Source: Promethearchaeota archaeon (GTDB lineage: Archaea; Asgardarchaeota; Lokiarchaeia; Sigyniarchaeales; SOKP01). Taken from it: 64,000 nucleotides of DNA. The translations under genes and the position numbers were made by a program. The stretch's first letter is position 1, and every line of letters begins with the position of its first letter. Below are positions 29,624 to 39,586 of this stretch, in pieces. The stretch covers positions 1-64,000 of the forward strand of contig JBHLOI010000009.1 of assembly GCA_048940645.1 (NCBI GenBank), written 5' to 3'. The notes under the pieces were generated by a model that searched no databases, had not been told where the DNA came from, and saw only the letters and a list, made by a program, of their open reading frames with translations.

Positions 29624-30493
29624 ATGGAAGAAAATGAAATTCCTGATATCGATTTGAAAGAAACTATCCAAGAGTCCCAGCAAGAAATTTTGGATGAACG
29701 CATGGAAAATATAAGAAAAAATATGGAAAAAATCAAGCATAAAATAGTGATTATTTCGGGAAAGGGTGGTGTCGGTAAGACCACTGTGGCTGTAAATCTT
29801 GCTATGAGTCTAGCAAGTATAGGTTTGAGAGTAGGTTTATTAGATGTGGATATTACTGGACCTAATGTAAATAAGATGCTTGGAATTAACCCTGAAATCA
29901 GGCCACGGGTTGATCCTGAGGCAAAAAAATTTTATCCTGTAAATGGGCCACTAAATATAAAAGTAATGAGTATGGCATTTTTAACACAAAACAGTGATAC
30001 TCCAGTTATTTGGAGAGGTCCAATGAAGATGGGAGCCGTACGGCAGTTTCTTGGTGATGCAGTATGGGGCGAACTTGATTATTTAATTTGTGATCTACCA
30101 CCTGGTACTTCTGATGAGACTTTAGATATTTTGCAATTAATACCTGATGAAAATATAGTTGTTGTATCCACACCTCAAGAGGTGGCTCTCATGGATGCAA
30201 GAAAAACCATAGCGATGGCACAAACAATGCAGAGAAAGGTTCTGGGAATTATTGAGAATATGTCTGGTTTTAAATGTCCTCATTGTAATAATTATGTTGA
30301 TCTTTATCCCCCAGGGGGAGCTGAAAAAGCTTCTAGAGATTTTGGGATTACTCTTTTAGGAAAAATACCATTTGAAACTGAAATTAGTCAACAAGGAGAC
30401 CAAGGGTTACCATTTGTTTTAAAGAATCCGGAAAATGAAAGTGCAAAAGCGTTTAAATCAGTTGTTAAAAAAATTAGGGAAACTTTAGAATAA
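29624..30493 (+). CDS. mrp: Mrp/ApbC/Nbp35 Fe-S cluster carrier ATPase
   Basis: SGKGGVGKT, DVDITGP, VIWRGP, DLPPGTSD, ENMS..CPHC. Confidence 0.93.
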   Translation: MEENEIPDIDLKETIQESQQEILDERMENIRKNMEKIKHKIVIISGKGGVGKTTVAVNLAMSLASIGLRVGLLDVDITGPNVNKMLGINPEIRPRVDPEAKKFYPVNGPLNIKVMSMAFLTQNSDTPVIWRGPMKMGAVRQFLGDAVWGELDYLICDLPPGTSDETLDILQLIPDENIVVVSTPQEVALMDARKTIAMAQTMQRKVLGIIENMSGFKCPHCNNYVDLYPPGGAEKASRDFGITLLGKIPFETEISQQGDQGLPFVLKNPENESAKAFKSVVKKIRETLE

Positions 30494-30642
30494 AATCTTT
30501 TTCTATTCTTCCCACTTTTGTTTTTCAAATAATTTATGTCCTTTTAATAACAAGACTTCAGAAATTCTGCAATTTAAAACTTTTCACGCTATATATACTA
30601 ATTCTATAAATATGAAAACAGTTTAAAAGGATTAATATTATT

Positions 30643-31176
30643 ATGTTATTGCATTTTTTGAAATCATCTAATTACAAGTTAAGGGATTTAAAAATTAGTT
30701 TAGAAATTGAAACTGAAGTTTCAAAATTATTAAAAGGAATTGTTATTTGTAAAGAAACTGGGGTATATTTATTAGATTTAATTTTAGATTCAGAAATTAA
30801 TCCCGTTTTACTCTCTTCCTTTGTTGGAGCACTCTCTCTATTTGGAGAGGAGAATATGGGAAAAATCCAAGAGATTACCATTAAAGGCTTGGATATACAG
30901 ATGATAATTGTGAATAAGCATAACCTTATTTTAATTGCAATAATGGATAAGGAATTTCTGAAACACGATATTCGAAAAGAAGCCGAAAAATCATTAGATA
31001 TGTTTTATTCTCTTTATAAGAATGAAATCGATGAGTGTGTTGATGTATGTATGTTTGATTCATTTAAAAAAATCTTATATAAGCAAATTAAAGAATATTT
31101 TGAAAAAATTAAAGGTTCAGGAGATTTTGGATTTTTCACAGAAGCGATTACACGTATGAGAAACCATGAAGAATAA
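30643..31176 (+). CDS. Longin/roadblock-like protein (start uncertain)
   Basis: ICKETGVYLL...LLSSFVGALSLF...EITI pattern, resembling the cytoplasmic domain of 6957..9374. Confidence 0.65.
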   Translation: MLLHFLKSSNYKLRDLKISLEIETEVSKLLKGIVICKETGVYLLDLILDSEINPVLLSSFVGALSLFGEENMGKIQEITIKGLDIQMIIVNKHNLILIAIMDKEFLKHDIRKEAEKSLDMFYSLYKNEIDECVDVCMFDSFKKILYKQIKEYFEKIKGSGDFGFFTEAITRMRNHEE

Positions 31177-31266
31177 TCTACAAAGTGTAAATATTCGCCA
31201 TCTTGATTAAAAATTAGATGGGTTTTTTTTAATTTTTGAAAGTTTTAATAATAAAAAAAAATAAAG

Positions 31267-32610
31267 TTATAATTCTGCTATAGCTTTTTGTTTTGCTACT
31301 TTCTCCTCCTCTGTAAGTTTGACTTCTCCTCTTTTAACGAAAAACATTAGGATTAATGCAATTATGAGAAAGACGGCAGCATTTAATACTAGAGTATAAG
31401 GTGGACTAATTAATGGATTATTAAATAGGTCAGTAAGGCTCCCCAATATATAAGGCCCTGTAATGGCTGCTAAAAAACTAAAAAAGTAATAAATACCTGT
31501 ATATGTGCCTACTTTTTCATTTGTAGGAGCTAATTCCCATATGATAACAATTGAATTAACATTAACAAAAGACCAACCTATTCCTCCAATGGCTAAAAAT
31601 ATAATTATGAAAAGTAAACCATCTGCTCTCATATTCCATCCAATAAAGAAAATTAAAATTAAACATATTATCATTGTTGTCAATCCTATTTTGATCGCAT
31701 TTCTCCTACCAACTTTTCCCGCTATTATCGCGAATGGATAAGCAAATATTATGATAGGTAATGCTACAAAAAAAGCCAAAAATCCTGAGACATCTTCACT
31801 TTGCAACAAAACATTTGTACCATATATAGTAAGCAGTGCTGCTAATCCTTGAAAAGCGACAAAGTAAAAGAAAATTGCTAATCCCATTATTAGAGTACTT
31901 TTATCTTCTTCTTTTAATACATCCTTAAAACTTGTAATTATACTTGGCTTCTTCTTTGCTTCCTTGACTTTTTCCCCTTCTAATTGTTCTCTCTCGAGTA
32001 ATGCTTTATAGCTATATGATTCCTTTTCATCTACCTTCCATATCAATATAAATAAAGACACCACCATTAAAACTGAAACTATAATAAAAGCACCTTGTAA
32101 TGTTATTAATCCTGCAACTAAGCTTAATCCATATCCAATTACTCCTCCAAGTCCTCCCAACATATTAATAATCGCATTTCCTTTGCTCCTATGTATAGGT
32201 TCAATAAAATCTGGCATTAATGAAACAGCTTGTGATCTATAAAATCCCATAGCAATACCAAAAAACACTATCCAAATTGTTAATAGTGGTAAATTGTTTT
32301 CTCCTGTTGGAATTAAAGCAAAAAAAATCGCACCAGCAGGTATACCAATTATAATATAAGGCATCCGTCTTCCAAACCTAGAACGCGTATTATCAGAAAT
32401 CGAACCCATAATGGGTTGAAGGATAACACCAATTATATTATCAATTGCCATCCATATTCCTACAAGACTTAAAAGGGTTAAAATGCTTTCTAATAGCTTA
32501 CTCACTCTTGCATTATATAAACTCCATGCTACTTCAGTGGTAAAAAAAGCTAAAGCTATGAAAAAGGTCAATTTAATATTGAATTTTTCCTTAGGTTTAG
32601 TTTCAGACAT
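31267..32610 (-). CDS. MFS sugar transporter (GPH/SLC45-like)
   Basis: QPIMGSISDNTRSRFGRRMPY; about 12 TM. Confidence 0.9.
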   Translation of the reverse strand: MSETKPKEKFNIKLTFFIALAFFTTEVAWSLYNARVSKLLESILTLLSLVGIWMAIDNIIGVILQPIMGSISDNTRSRFGRRMPYIIIGIPAGAIFFALIPTGENNLPLLTIWIVFFGIAMGFYRSQAVSLMPDFIEPIHRSKGNAIINMLGGLGGVIGYGLSLVAGLITLQGAFIIVSVLMVVSLFILIWKVDEKESYSYKALLEREQLEGEKVKEAKKKPSIITSFKDVLKEEDKSTLIMGLAIFFYFVAFQGLAALLTIYGTNVLLQSEDVSGFLAFFVALPIIIFAYPFAIIAGKVGRRNAIKIGLTTMIICLILIFFIGWNMRADGLLFIIIFLAIGGIGWSFVNVNSIVIIWELAPTNEKVGTYTGIYYFFSFLAAITGPYILGSLTDLFNNPLISPPYTLVLNAAVFLIIALILMFFVKRGEVKLTEEEKVAKQKAIAEL

Positions 32611-32742
32611 TTTTTCTCAAAATTTATAATTTAAATTTAAGATTTTAAAAATAGATTATTTTTTGCTGTTTAAAAAAATTTATAATTTTAATAAAGATCA
32701 ATCCTCAAAAAAATAGTATAAAAAAAATAAGAAATAAAAAAA

Positions 32743-32895
32743 TTATAATTCAATTTCGATTTTAATATGCTTTATTTCTTCAGGAATCTTCTTGGCTGAT
32801 TTTAAATAGCCTAGGATTATATTTTTTAGCATAGATTCCATTAGTTCGTTTAATGGGATATCTTTCTCATTAATTTCTAAATTTACAGAGCTCAT
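32743..32895 (-). CDS. Small 50-aa protein missed by the ORF track (resembles the C-terminal domain of MobB-type proteins)
   Basis: ATG..TAA ORF MSSVNLEINEKDIPLNELMESMLKNIILGYLKSAKKIPEEIKHIKIEIEL, followed by a T-rich terminator on the minus strand. Confidence 0.65.
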   Translation of the reverse strand: MSSVNLEINEKDIPLNELMESMLKNIILGYLKSAKKIPEEIKHIKIEIEL

Positions 32896-32976
32896 AATAT
32901 CTAAACTGCTACTTTAGCTTAAAAATCTTAAGTTTATTTTTTATTGATTTATTTATTGAATTACAATTTGCTATTT

Positions 32977-33945
32977 TTAAAATGCATAAGGCTTGCTTAA
33001 AGCTTGTTTAAAAATAATTGGTTTGAGCATATTGATTAACGGTTCAAAAACTTCCTCCTTAAAGAAGTAATATCCCTTCTTAAGTAAAATGAGATATAAA
33101 GGAGAAGGAGTAGAATCTAATAATATCCTCTTAAATAAGAAATAATATTTTGATCTTTGAAAAATTAACTGATCCTTAATGTCATCCCCTAAATTATTAT
33201 CTTTCTGAATTTTATTATTAAATTTAATGAAATATGGCATAATTTGTCTTATAAGCTCTTTGGATTCTTTTTCTTTATAGTATGAACCAATAATGAGCGA
33301 ATTTTGATCTAGAACTAGCATGCCAGAACAATTTATTTTATTGCAAAATTCACTTATAGTTTTTTTAATTAATTGTGTTTTTGGGTATAATTTTAATAGG
33401 ATCTCTGATACTGTAAATATTATTGAGGGTAAATTATAGATAGAGGTTATATAGAAAGATAGCTTTTTGTAATAAGTTTCCTCATGAATTTTCTGTTTTA
33501 ATTTACTAATAATTTCATCCCAATTTTCTTTAATATCTTCAGGGAAATCAGGATCATATTTATGAAAAAATATATTAATAGGGGGGTTTATTTTTAACGC
33601 GTAAAATTGGTCAATTACATCTTTTAAATAACTGATAGCTTCAGGAATTCTTTCCTCATTTTGGATATCTATCACGAAGATTGCAATCTCAGTATTATCA
33701 AAATACATATTTGGATTTCTTAAGTAAGAAATTCGGTAAGTATCTTGCCCTCCCAAATCCCATTCACTTATTTCAATATCCAAAAAATCAAAAATTCTTC
33801 TTTGTGCTCCTTTTGTTGGTGAGATTACAGCAATTTTGGAAAATTCCTTCTTTAAAGTTAAAATTATTGAGGTTTTCCCTGCAGTATCTAATCCTGTAAA
33901 AAGAATTTTTCTAGCTCTATCATTTTCTTCTTTTAAGTATTCCAT
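32977..33945 (-). CDS. Small GTPase (Rag/Arf-like) with C-terminal roadblock/longin-like domain
   Basis: G1 GLDTAGKTS, G2 PT, G3 WDLGGQ, G4 HKYD, G5 TSI; C-terminal LVLDQNSLIIG; ATG at 33945 follows a GGAGG SD. Confidence 0.88.
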   Translation of the reverse strand: MEYLKEENDRARKILFTGLDTAGKTSIILTLKKEFSKIAVISPTKGAQRRIFDFLDIEISEWDLGGQDTYRISYLRNPNMYFDNTEIAIFVIDIQNEERIPEAISYLKDVIDQFYALKINPPINIFFHKYDPDFPEDIKENWDEIISKLKQKIHEETYYKKLSFYITSIYNLPSIIFTVSEILLKLYPKTQLIKKTISEFCNKINCSGMLVLDQNSLIIGSYYKEKESKELIRQIMPYFIKFNNKIQKDNNLGDDIKDQLIFQRSKYYFLFKRILLDSTPSPLYLILLKKGYYFFKEEVFEPLINMLKPIIFKQALSKPYAF

Positions 33946-34107
33946 TTTCAGATTCCTCCTAAATAAAGAATACAAAATCGTTTAAATAAAATTATATTAT
34001 TTAGGTGACAATATTTAATTGAATTTCATAAATATACAATTATTTCTATCTGTTTTAAATAGACAATTTTAAGAGATAAATAGACAATTTGCTTAGAACT
34101 TAATTTC

Positions 34108-34122
34108 TAAACGATGTCTAAA
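34108..34122. promoter_or_regulatory. Putative operator TAAACGATGTCTAAA, copy 2, next to two aaatagacaattt direct repeats
   Basis: Identical to 3998-4012; half-site repeats at about 34057-34069 and 34078-34090. Confidence 0.3.
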
Positions 34123-34168
34123 TCTACCCTTTAACTTAAAAACTTTGAGCTTACTTTTTATTGATTTT

Positions 34169-34555
34169 TTAAACAAGGGTTGAATTCAAATGTTCTAATG
34201 CAATTCTAACCTCAGGAGTAATGTGATGTTCAATTTTACAACAAATCTCATTTAACTTTAAATCGTCTTTTAAATTTAAGATATTTTTGAAGAACTTTTT
34301 TAATTCTTTATTTTTTCTTAGGATACTTTGAGCAACCTTTTTACCTTTAACTGTTAAGTGTATTGATTTTCTTGGACGCCAAATAATAAAACCTTCATTT
34401 TTCAGTTTATAGAGCATCTCAGTAACAGACGAAGGTTTAACTTTCAAAAATTCAGCAATCTCTGAATTTAAAACCCATCCACCCTTTTTTTTTTTAGAAA
34501 TAAGATAGATTGCTTTTAAGTAATTTTCGTGGCTTTCTTTATAATCCTTATACAT
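34169..34555 (-). CDS. DtxR/MntR-family metal-dependent regulator
   Basis: ENYLKAIY, HTH IAEFLKVKPSSVTEML, LTVKG, CCKIEH. Confidence 0.9.
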   Translation of the reverse strand: MYKDYKESHENYLKAIYLISKKKKGGWVLNSEIAEFLKVKPSSVTEMLYKLKNEGFIIWRPRKSIHLTVKGKKVAQSILRKNKELKKFFKNILNLKDDLKLNEICCKIEHHITPEVRIALEHLNSTLV

Positions 34556-34609
34556 TATATTGTTTGGAACTCCTTTATCCTAAATAGAAAAATATAATAA
34601 TAAAAAATA

Positions 34610-34987
34610 TTATTCTTTTAACTCTAAATCCTCAATCCTTTTTGCGATATCTTCGATTGCGTTTTTAATTTCATTCATTTCAGATTCCATATACTCTTTT
34701 TCCTGCTTTAACATAGTTAATTGGTCTTTTTGACTTAATACTGGAGCAGGTGTATATACTGAAGGAGCTATTGTATATGGTTGATAAAGAGGAACTCCTC
34801 CTCTCCACCTTCCCCAATAACCTCTCCCACGACCTCTCCCCCACCCCATACCTCTTCCCCAGCCTCTTCCTAAGCCCATACCATATCCTTTAGTATATCC
34901 GGGTGTACTATAACCTGCACAATAACCTAATACCCTTCCTGTCATTGGACCTTCTCCCCTCGGACCAGTTCTATCTCCACCAGGCAT
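34610..34987 (-). CDS. DUF5320-family Gly/Arg-rich protein
   Basis: MPGGDRTGPRGEGPMTGR..GYC start; RG-rich middle; C-terminal coiled coil. Confidence 0.9.
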   Translation of the reverse strand: MPGGDRTGPRGEGPMTGRVLGYCAGYSTPGYTKGYGMGLGRGWGRGMGWGRGRGRGYWGRWRGGVPLYQPYTIAPSVYTPAPVLSQKDQLTMLKQEKEYMESEMNEIKNAIEDIAKRIEDLELKE

Positions 34988-35036
34988 TTTTTATATCATC
35001 TCTATTTTTTTAATTTTATTGTTGTTTTTATTATTT

Positions 35037-35050
35037 TGAATAAATATTCA
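35037..35050. promoter_or_regulatory. Operator variant TGAATAAATATTCA upstream of DUF5320
   Basis: One mismatch from the TGAATAATTATTCA palindrome. Confidence 0.5.
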
Positions 35051-35096
35051 TATATTATCCTAAGTAATTATTATAAAATAAATTATTTAAATATTA

Positions 35097-35110
35097 TGAA
35101 TAATAATTCA
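35097..35110. promoter_or_regulatory. Operator variant TGAATAATAATTCA just upstream of the MBL gene
   Basis: One mismatch from the palindrome; lies in the divergent promoter region. Confidence 0.45.
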
Positions 35111-35125
35111 TTATTTGCAGAACTT

Positions 35126-35812
35126 ATGAATAAAGATCCATCTTTTAAAATTAGGATTAATTTTGATAATAAATGTTCCGAAATAGGGTTTTTAACTGGT
35201 TTTGGGTTTTCAGCTTTAATTTATAGTTATTCTACGCGGGACTATTTACTATTTGACACAGGAGGAAACGGAAAGATTCTAATTCATAATATTAATCAGT
35301 TTAAAATTAATATTGTATTAATTAAAAAAGTCATAATTTCTCATAATCACCATGATCACACCGGAGGTTTATTCGATATATATAATGCAAATAAAAATAT
35401 TGAAGTTTATGTACCCTTTAATGATTTGAATTCTTTTAGGAAAGCTTTTTCAGGGCTTTTAGTTCATGGTGTATTAGGCATGACAGAAATTGAAGATAAT
35501 ATATTTTCTTCGGGTCAATTTACGGGAAGTTTTATTTCAGAACATTGTTTAATTTTAAGATTAAAAAATAATGAATTGATCTTATTAGTAGGATGTAGTC
35601 ATCCAGGTTTAGAGAAATTTATTTTAAAAGCGCGAGAATTAGGTTCAATAAAAGGAATAATTGGAGGTTTTCATGGGTTTCAAAATTTATCATATTTAGA
35701 AGGAACTGAATTTATTGGAGCTTGTCATTGTACGCAACATATAGAGTTAATTAAACAAAAGTTTCCTAAGGCATTCTATAAGGTATGTGTAGGTACCACA
35801 TTAATCTTTTAA
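35126..35812 (+). CDS. MBL-fold metallohydrolase (COG1237-type)
   Basis: LFDTG, SHNHHDHTGG, GCSHPG, GGFH, CHCT; ATG at 35126 preferred over track start 35036. Confidence 0.88.
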   Translation: MNKDPSFKIRINFDNKCSEIGFLTGFGFSALIYSYSTRDYLLFDTGGNGKILIHNINQFKINIVLIKKVIISHNHHDHTGGLFDIYNANKNIEVYVPFNDLNSFRKAFSGLLVHGVLGMTEIEDNIFSSGQFTGSFISEHCLILRLKNNELILLVGCSHPGLEKFILKARELGSIKGIIGGFHGFQNLSYLEGTEFIGACHCTQHIELIKQKFPKAFYKVCVGTTLIF

Positions 35813-36025
35813 CTCTTTTCTGATATCGCCATTAGAAAAGATATTATCAGGATAAATTTCTCTATCATATCTCACACACTTTTCACTAAATAATTTCTTC
35901 CTTTGGCAGTAATTTTGATAATTATATATTTTTAAAGGAATAGGATCAATTTCAAGTGATCTCTCTAATTGCCTGTTTGATACCAGTCCGCATAAAGGAG
36001 TGTCTTTTTTATAGATAAAGGACAC
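35801..36025 (-). CDS. Hypothetical small protein
   Basis: 74-aa ORF with three Cys in an otherwise empty interval. Confidence 0.35.
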   Translation of the reverse strand: MSFIYKKDTPLCGLVSNRQLERSLEIDPIPLKIYNYQNYCQRKKLFSEKCVRYDREIYPDNIFSNGDIRKELKD

Positions 36026-36140
36026 AAATTAGACTTGAACTTTTTTGTGACACTTCAGTAAATCGGAGTGTATTATAATCGTAAAAAATAAAATAATATT
36101 ATTATATAAAACATTTTTGCTGAAAACGTAGAGTATTTTC

Positions 36141-38540
36141 CTAAAATTTGAGTTCTAAACGATCTATGATATCGTTTTGGATAGGTGTCCCAAGATCGAT
36201 GAAAGTAGCATTATATCCTCCAACTTTTACAATTAAGTCTGGATAATTTTCGGGATGTTTTTGAGCATCTTTAAGTGTGTCTGTTGATACTACAGTAGGT
36301 TGAATTTGCATTCCTCCAGAATCGAAATAAGATTTTAATAGATTATAAAATTTCTCAATATTTTCTTCATTTTGTAAATTCTGAGGATGGATTCGCACAT
36401 TCACAGCAACTCCATTTGTGGCATTTTCATAATTTAATTTTGCTAATGAATTCAAAATCGAGGTGATTCCGTTTTTTTCTACTTTATTTACTGGAGATAA
36501 ACTATTTGATAGAGCTTGCATTGCTTTTCTTCCATCAGCAGTTGGTTGGGTGAAAAAACCTTCCATAACATGAATACCCATAGAATAAGCCCCTGCGTTA
36601 TATCTACCTCCTCTTATGGGTTCATGTCTGGTTACTTCTGACGTAAATAGGTTCCATAATTTTATAGCTAAAACATCAATTTCCTCTTTATCATTTCCCC
36701 ATTTATCATATTTATTAATTAATTTCTGTCGAAACTCTTCTTGGCCTTCGAAGTTATTATTCAGAATTTCTACTAATTCAGGTAAAGTCAACAACTTTTC
36801 TTCATAAACGACATTTTTTATATTATAGAAAGAATCAACTAAGGTGGCAAACCCATAAGCCGTGATCGATGAATAATTATATTTTGCTCCTCCACAAACA
36901 TAGTCTTTTCCACTTTCCAAACAACCATCTAAAGTAGCTGATATAAAAGGGTGTTGCATATATTTCATAGCCTCTTGATCTCCAATTTCAGCAATCTTTT
37001 TGCTTCTTTCAATATTATATCGAAGTTGTTTAATAAAAGCGGTATATAAATCGTCAAATGTAGAAAAATCTGAGATATCACCTGTTTGTAGGCCAGCAAT
37101 AGTTTTTGACATATTATTATAACCATTATTTAATGTTAATTCTAGTACACCAGGTAGATTCAAAAACATACGCGCTGTGGCAGCAAAACTATTTCCTTGA
37201 CCTGTAGGTTCAACACATCCAATTAGTACATAATCTCGAGCATCCTCTAGACTATAACCACCCTTTATTAAAGCAGGAATAATTATATCATCATTATAAA
37301 ATGCAATTCCAGAAGTGTGTCTAAATAATTTGATAGCTTCTTTAAAAAAATCTTTTGGAGTATTTTTATGAATTCTTACGGACAAATCAGTCGTAAGAAC
37401 CTTAATATTTTTATAAGCTTCAAGGAATAAATATGAAATTTCATTTGTTGCATCATTCCCTTGTGTATCCATTCCAGATATCGTAATTGTTTGAGTATTT
37501 TGACCAAGGGCATTGGCTACCATTGTAAAATCAGTAGGTAATAGAGTCACGTTCCACGTTAGCTTTAAATTTAATTCCTCTATTAACTCTAAGGCTAAAT
37601 CACGAGTTAAAACGCCTGATTCGATATCGTTTTCATAATATGGCCGTAGGATCTGATCTAAACGTCCTAATGCAACAACACTTCTCTGATAAATAATATT
37701 AAAAATATTCTGGGTAAACCAAATAAATTGAACAGCTTCATAAAAAGATGTTGGAGGTTCTGAACAGAATTTATTCATCATTTTTCCAATTACTTCTAAT
37801 TCACTGCTACGATTTTCATTTAATTCTGCCTTAGCCATAGAAAAAGCTAAATCTGCAAACCTTTTAGAAAAAACTATAGCAGCTTTATAATATATCTTTA
37901 TTGCTTCATAGAAATCATATTTTTCTTGAAAATCTTTATCATTCTTATTTAATTTAGCTTGATATAATTTAGCTTTTTCAATAATTCCCTTATATCCTAA
38001 ATTTAATACTTTTTTATATCCTGCGCATAAATGACCTTCTGTAGGACCTACTTGTATGGCAATATTAGGAGCTAATGAAGAAACTATTCCTGTTCCAGTT
38101 ATAAGCTCTTCTTCAAGGAGTCTCTTATTGATTCTACCCCCAATAAGTGCTTTATCCTTCCAAAAAGGGATAATTTCTAATAAATCCTCAATTTCTTTTT
38201 CCTCTATAAAAAAAGGTTGAAGTTTTCTTCTTGCTAATTTCTTAAATGTTATTTTTTTCTCTAGACTATTATCATATCTTTGTAGGTCTAAATTGACTTT
38301 TTCACCTAGATTCTTGCTAGTTTCATTTCCAACCAACAATTCATTCTGTCTAATGAAAATCGTCATATTTCTTAATGTATGGGCTACTGATTTCGCTCTT
38401 TTAATGACTTCAGAGTCATTTGGATTTCTTTTATAAATTTCAGTAAAAAATTTCATGCGTTCAATGCATAATTCATACTTACTTGATAAGAGGTCTTCTT
38501 TTAATCTATTAATTCGCTCAGAATTAGTTGTAGTATCCAT
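36141..38540 (-). CDS. Glycyl radical enzyme (PFL2/diol dehydratase-like superfamily)
   Basis: ELLVG, GRLDQ, Cys loop GCVEP, TADGR, glycyl loop LIVKVGGYNATF. Confidence 0.92.
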   Translation of the reverse strand: MDTTTNSERINRLKEDLLSSKYELCIERMKFFTEIYKRNPNDSEVIKRAKSVAHTLRNMTIFIRQNELLVGNETSKNLGEKVNLDLQRYDNSLEKKITFKKLARRKLQPFFIEEKEIEDLLEIIPFWKDKALIGGRINKRLLEEELITGTGIVSSLAPNIAIQVGPTEGHLCAGYKKVLNLGYKGIIEKAKLYQAKLNKNDKDFQEKYDFYEAIKIYYKAAIVFSKRFADLAFSMAKAELNENRSSELEVIGKMMNKFCSEPPTSFYEAVQFIWFTQNIFNIIYQRSVVALGRLDQILRPYYENDIESGVLTRDLALELIEELNLKLTWNVTLLPTDFTMVANALGQNTQTITISGMDTQGNDATNEISYLFLEAYKNIKVLTTDLSVRIHKNTPKDFFKEAIKLFRHTSGIAFYNDDIIIPALIKGGYSLEDARDYVLIGCVEPTGQGNSFAATARMFLNLPGVLELTLNNGYNNMSKTIAGLQTGDISDFSTFDDLYTAFIKQLRYNIERSKKIAEIGDQEAMKYMQHPFISATLDGCLESGKDYVCGGAKYNYSSITAYGFATLVDSFYNIKNVVYEEKLLTLPELVEILNNNFEGQEEFRQKLINKYDKWGNDKEEIDVLAIKLWNLFTSEVTRHEPIRGGRYNAGAYSMGIHVMEGFFTQPTADGRKAMQALSNSLSPVNKVEKNGITSILNSLAKLNYENATNGVAVNVRIHPQNLQNEENIEKFYNLLKSYFDSGGMQIQPTVVSTDTLKDAQKHPENYPDLIVKVGGYNATFIDLGTPIQNDIIDRLELKF

Positions 38541-38662
38541 ATTTTGACTCCTTGAAAAAATTATCAGATTTTTATTTTATTATCTTAATTCTATAAAAAT
38601 TTTAAAATTTTAAAAGATAAGTCCTTAATAAAATTACTCATACAATTAGTGATCTATAAAAT

Positions 38663-39514
38663 TTGAAAGAAATCAAAAACAAAACAGCAGTAATCACAGG
38701 TGCAGGAAGTGGGATCGGCCGAGCGCTTGCTATTAAATGCGCTCAAGAGGGTATGAAAGTAGTACTTGCTGATATTAATGAGAAAAGCCTAGAAAGGGTC
38801 AAAAGAAAAATCCAAAGAGCGCGAGGAGAAGTTTTAACTATAAAAACTGATGTTTCAAAATATAATGAAGTTGAAAATTTAGCTCAAAAGACAATTGAAA
38901 ATTATAAATTAATTCATTTATTAATCAATAATGCTGGTGTAGCAATACCACGGCTTGCTTGGCAATATACTGTAAATGATTGGGAATGGGTATTAGGGGT
39001 AAACTTATGGGGTGTAATTTATGGTATTCGCGTTTTTGTACCGATCATGCTTCAGCAGGAAATTGAATGTCATATTGTGAATACCGCTTCTATAGAAGGT
39101 TTAGGTTCCATTGGTCCTGGAGGTGCAACATATAGCGTTTCTAAGCATGGAATAGTTGCCCTTTCTGAGGTATTAAAGTATAACCTTGAGGAAATTGGAG
39201 CAAAAATTAATGTTTCTGTATTATGTCCTGGATTAGTTGATACAAAAATCTTTACATCTGAATTAAACCGTCCTAAGGAGTATCAAATCAAAGAAATCAA
39301 GAAGATCGACATCCACGATCGAGATAGAGAAGTAGAGATGTACCGGAAAATATTGACAGAATCGCCTATGATATCACCTGAACAGGTGGCAGATGATGTA
39401 TTTCAAGCCATCAGACAGCAAAAATTTTATATTTTAACGCATACTCAACCTATTATTAAAGATCTAATAAAGGAGCGAGTGAATGCTATTTTAAGAGCAT
39501 TTGATGAGCAATGA
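38663..39514 (+). CDS. Short-chain dehydrogenase/reductase
   Basis: TGAGSGIG, NNAG, YSVSK. Confidence 0.93.
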   Translation: MKEIKNKTAVITGAGSGIGRALAIKCAQEGMKVVLADINEKSLERVKRKIQRARGEVLTIKTDVSKYNEVENLAQKTIENYKLIHLLINNAGVAIPRLAWQYTVNDWEWVLGVNLWGVIYGIRVFVPIMLQQEIECHIVNTASIEGLGSIGPGGATYSVSKHGIVALSEVLKYNLEEIGAKINVSVLCPGLVDTKIFTSELNRPKEYQIKEIKKIDIHDRDREVEMYRKILTESPMISPEQVADDVFQAIRQQKFYILTHTQPIIKDLIKERVNAILRAFDEQ

Positions 39515-39586
39515 GTAAAAAAACACAGATTCTTTTCTTTGTCTGAATTATATTATTATAATTTATAAATTAAAAAGTGATTAAAT

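Noticed and set aside
36141-38540. Pyruvate formate-lyase (pflB) or nrdD
   Set aside because: Single-Cys GCVEP loop rather than CC; no ATP-cone or Zn-ribbon features of NrdD.
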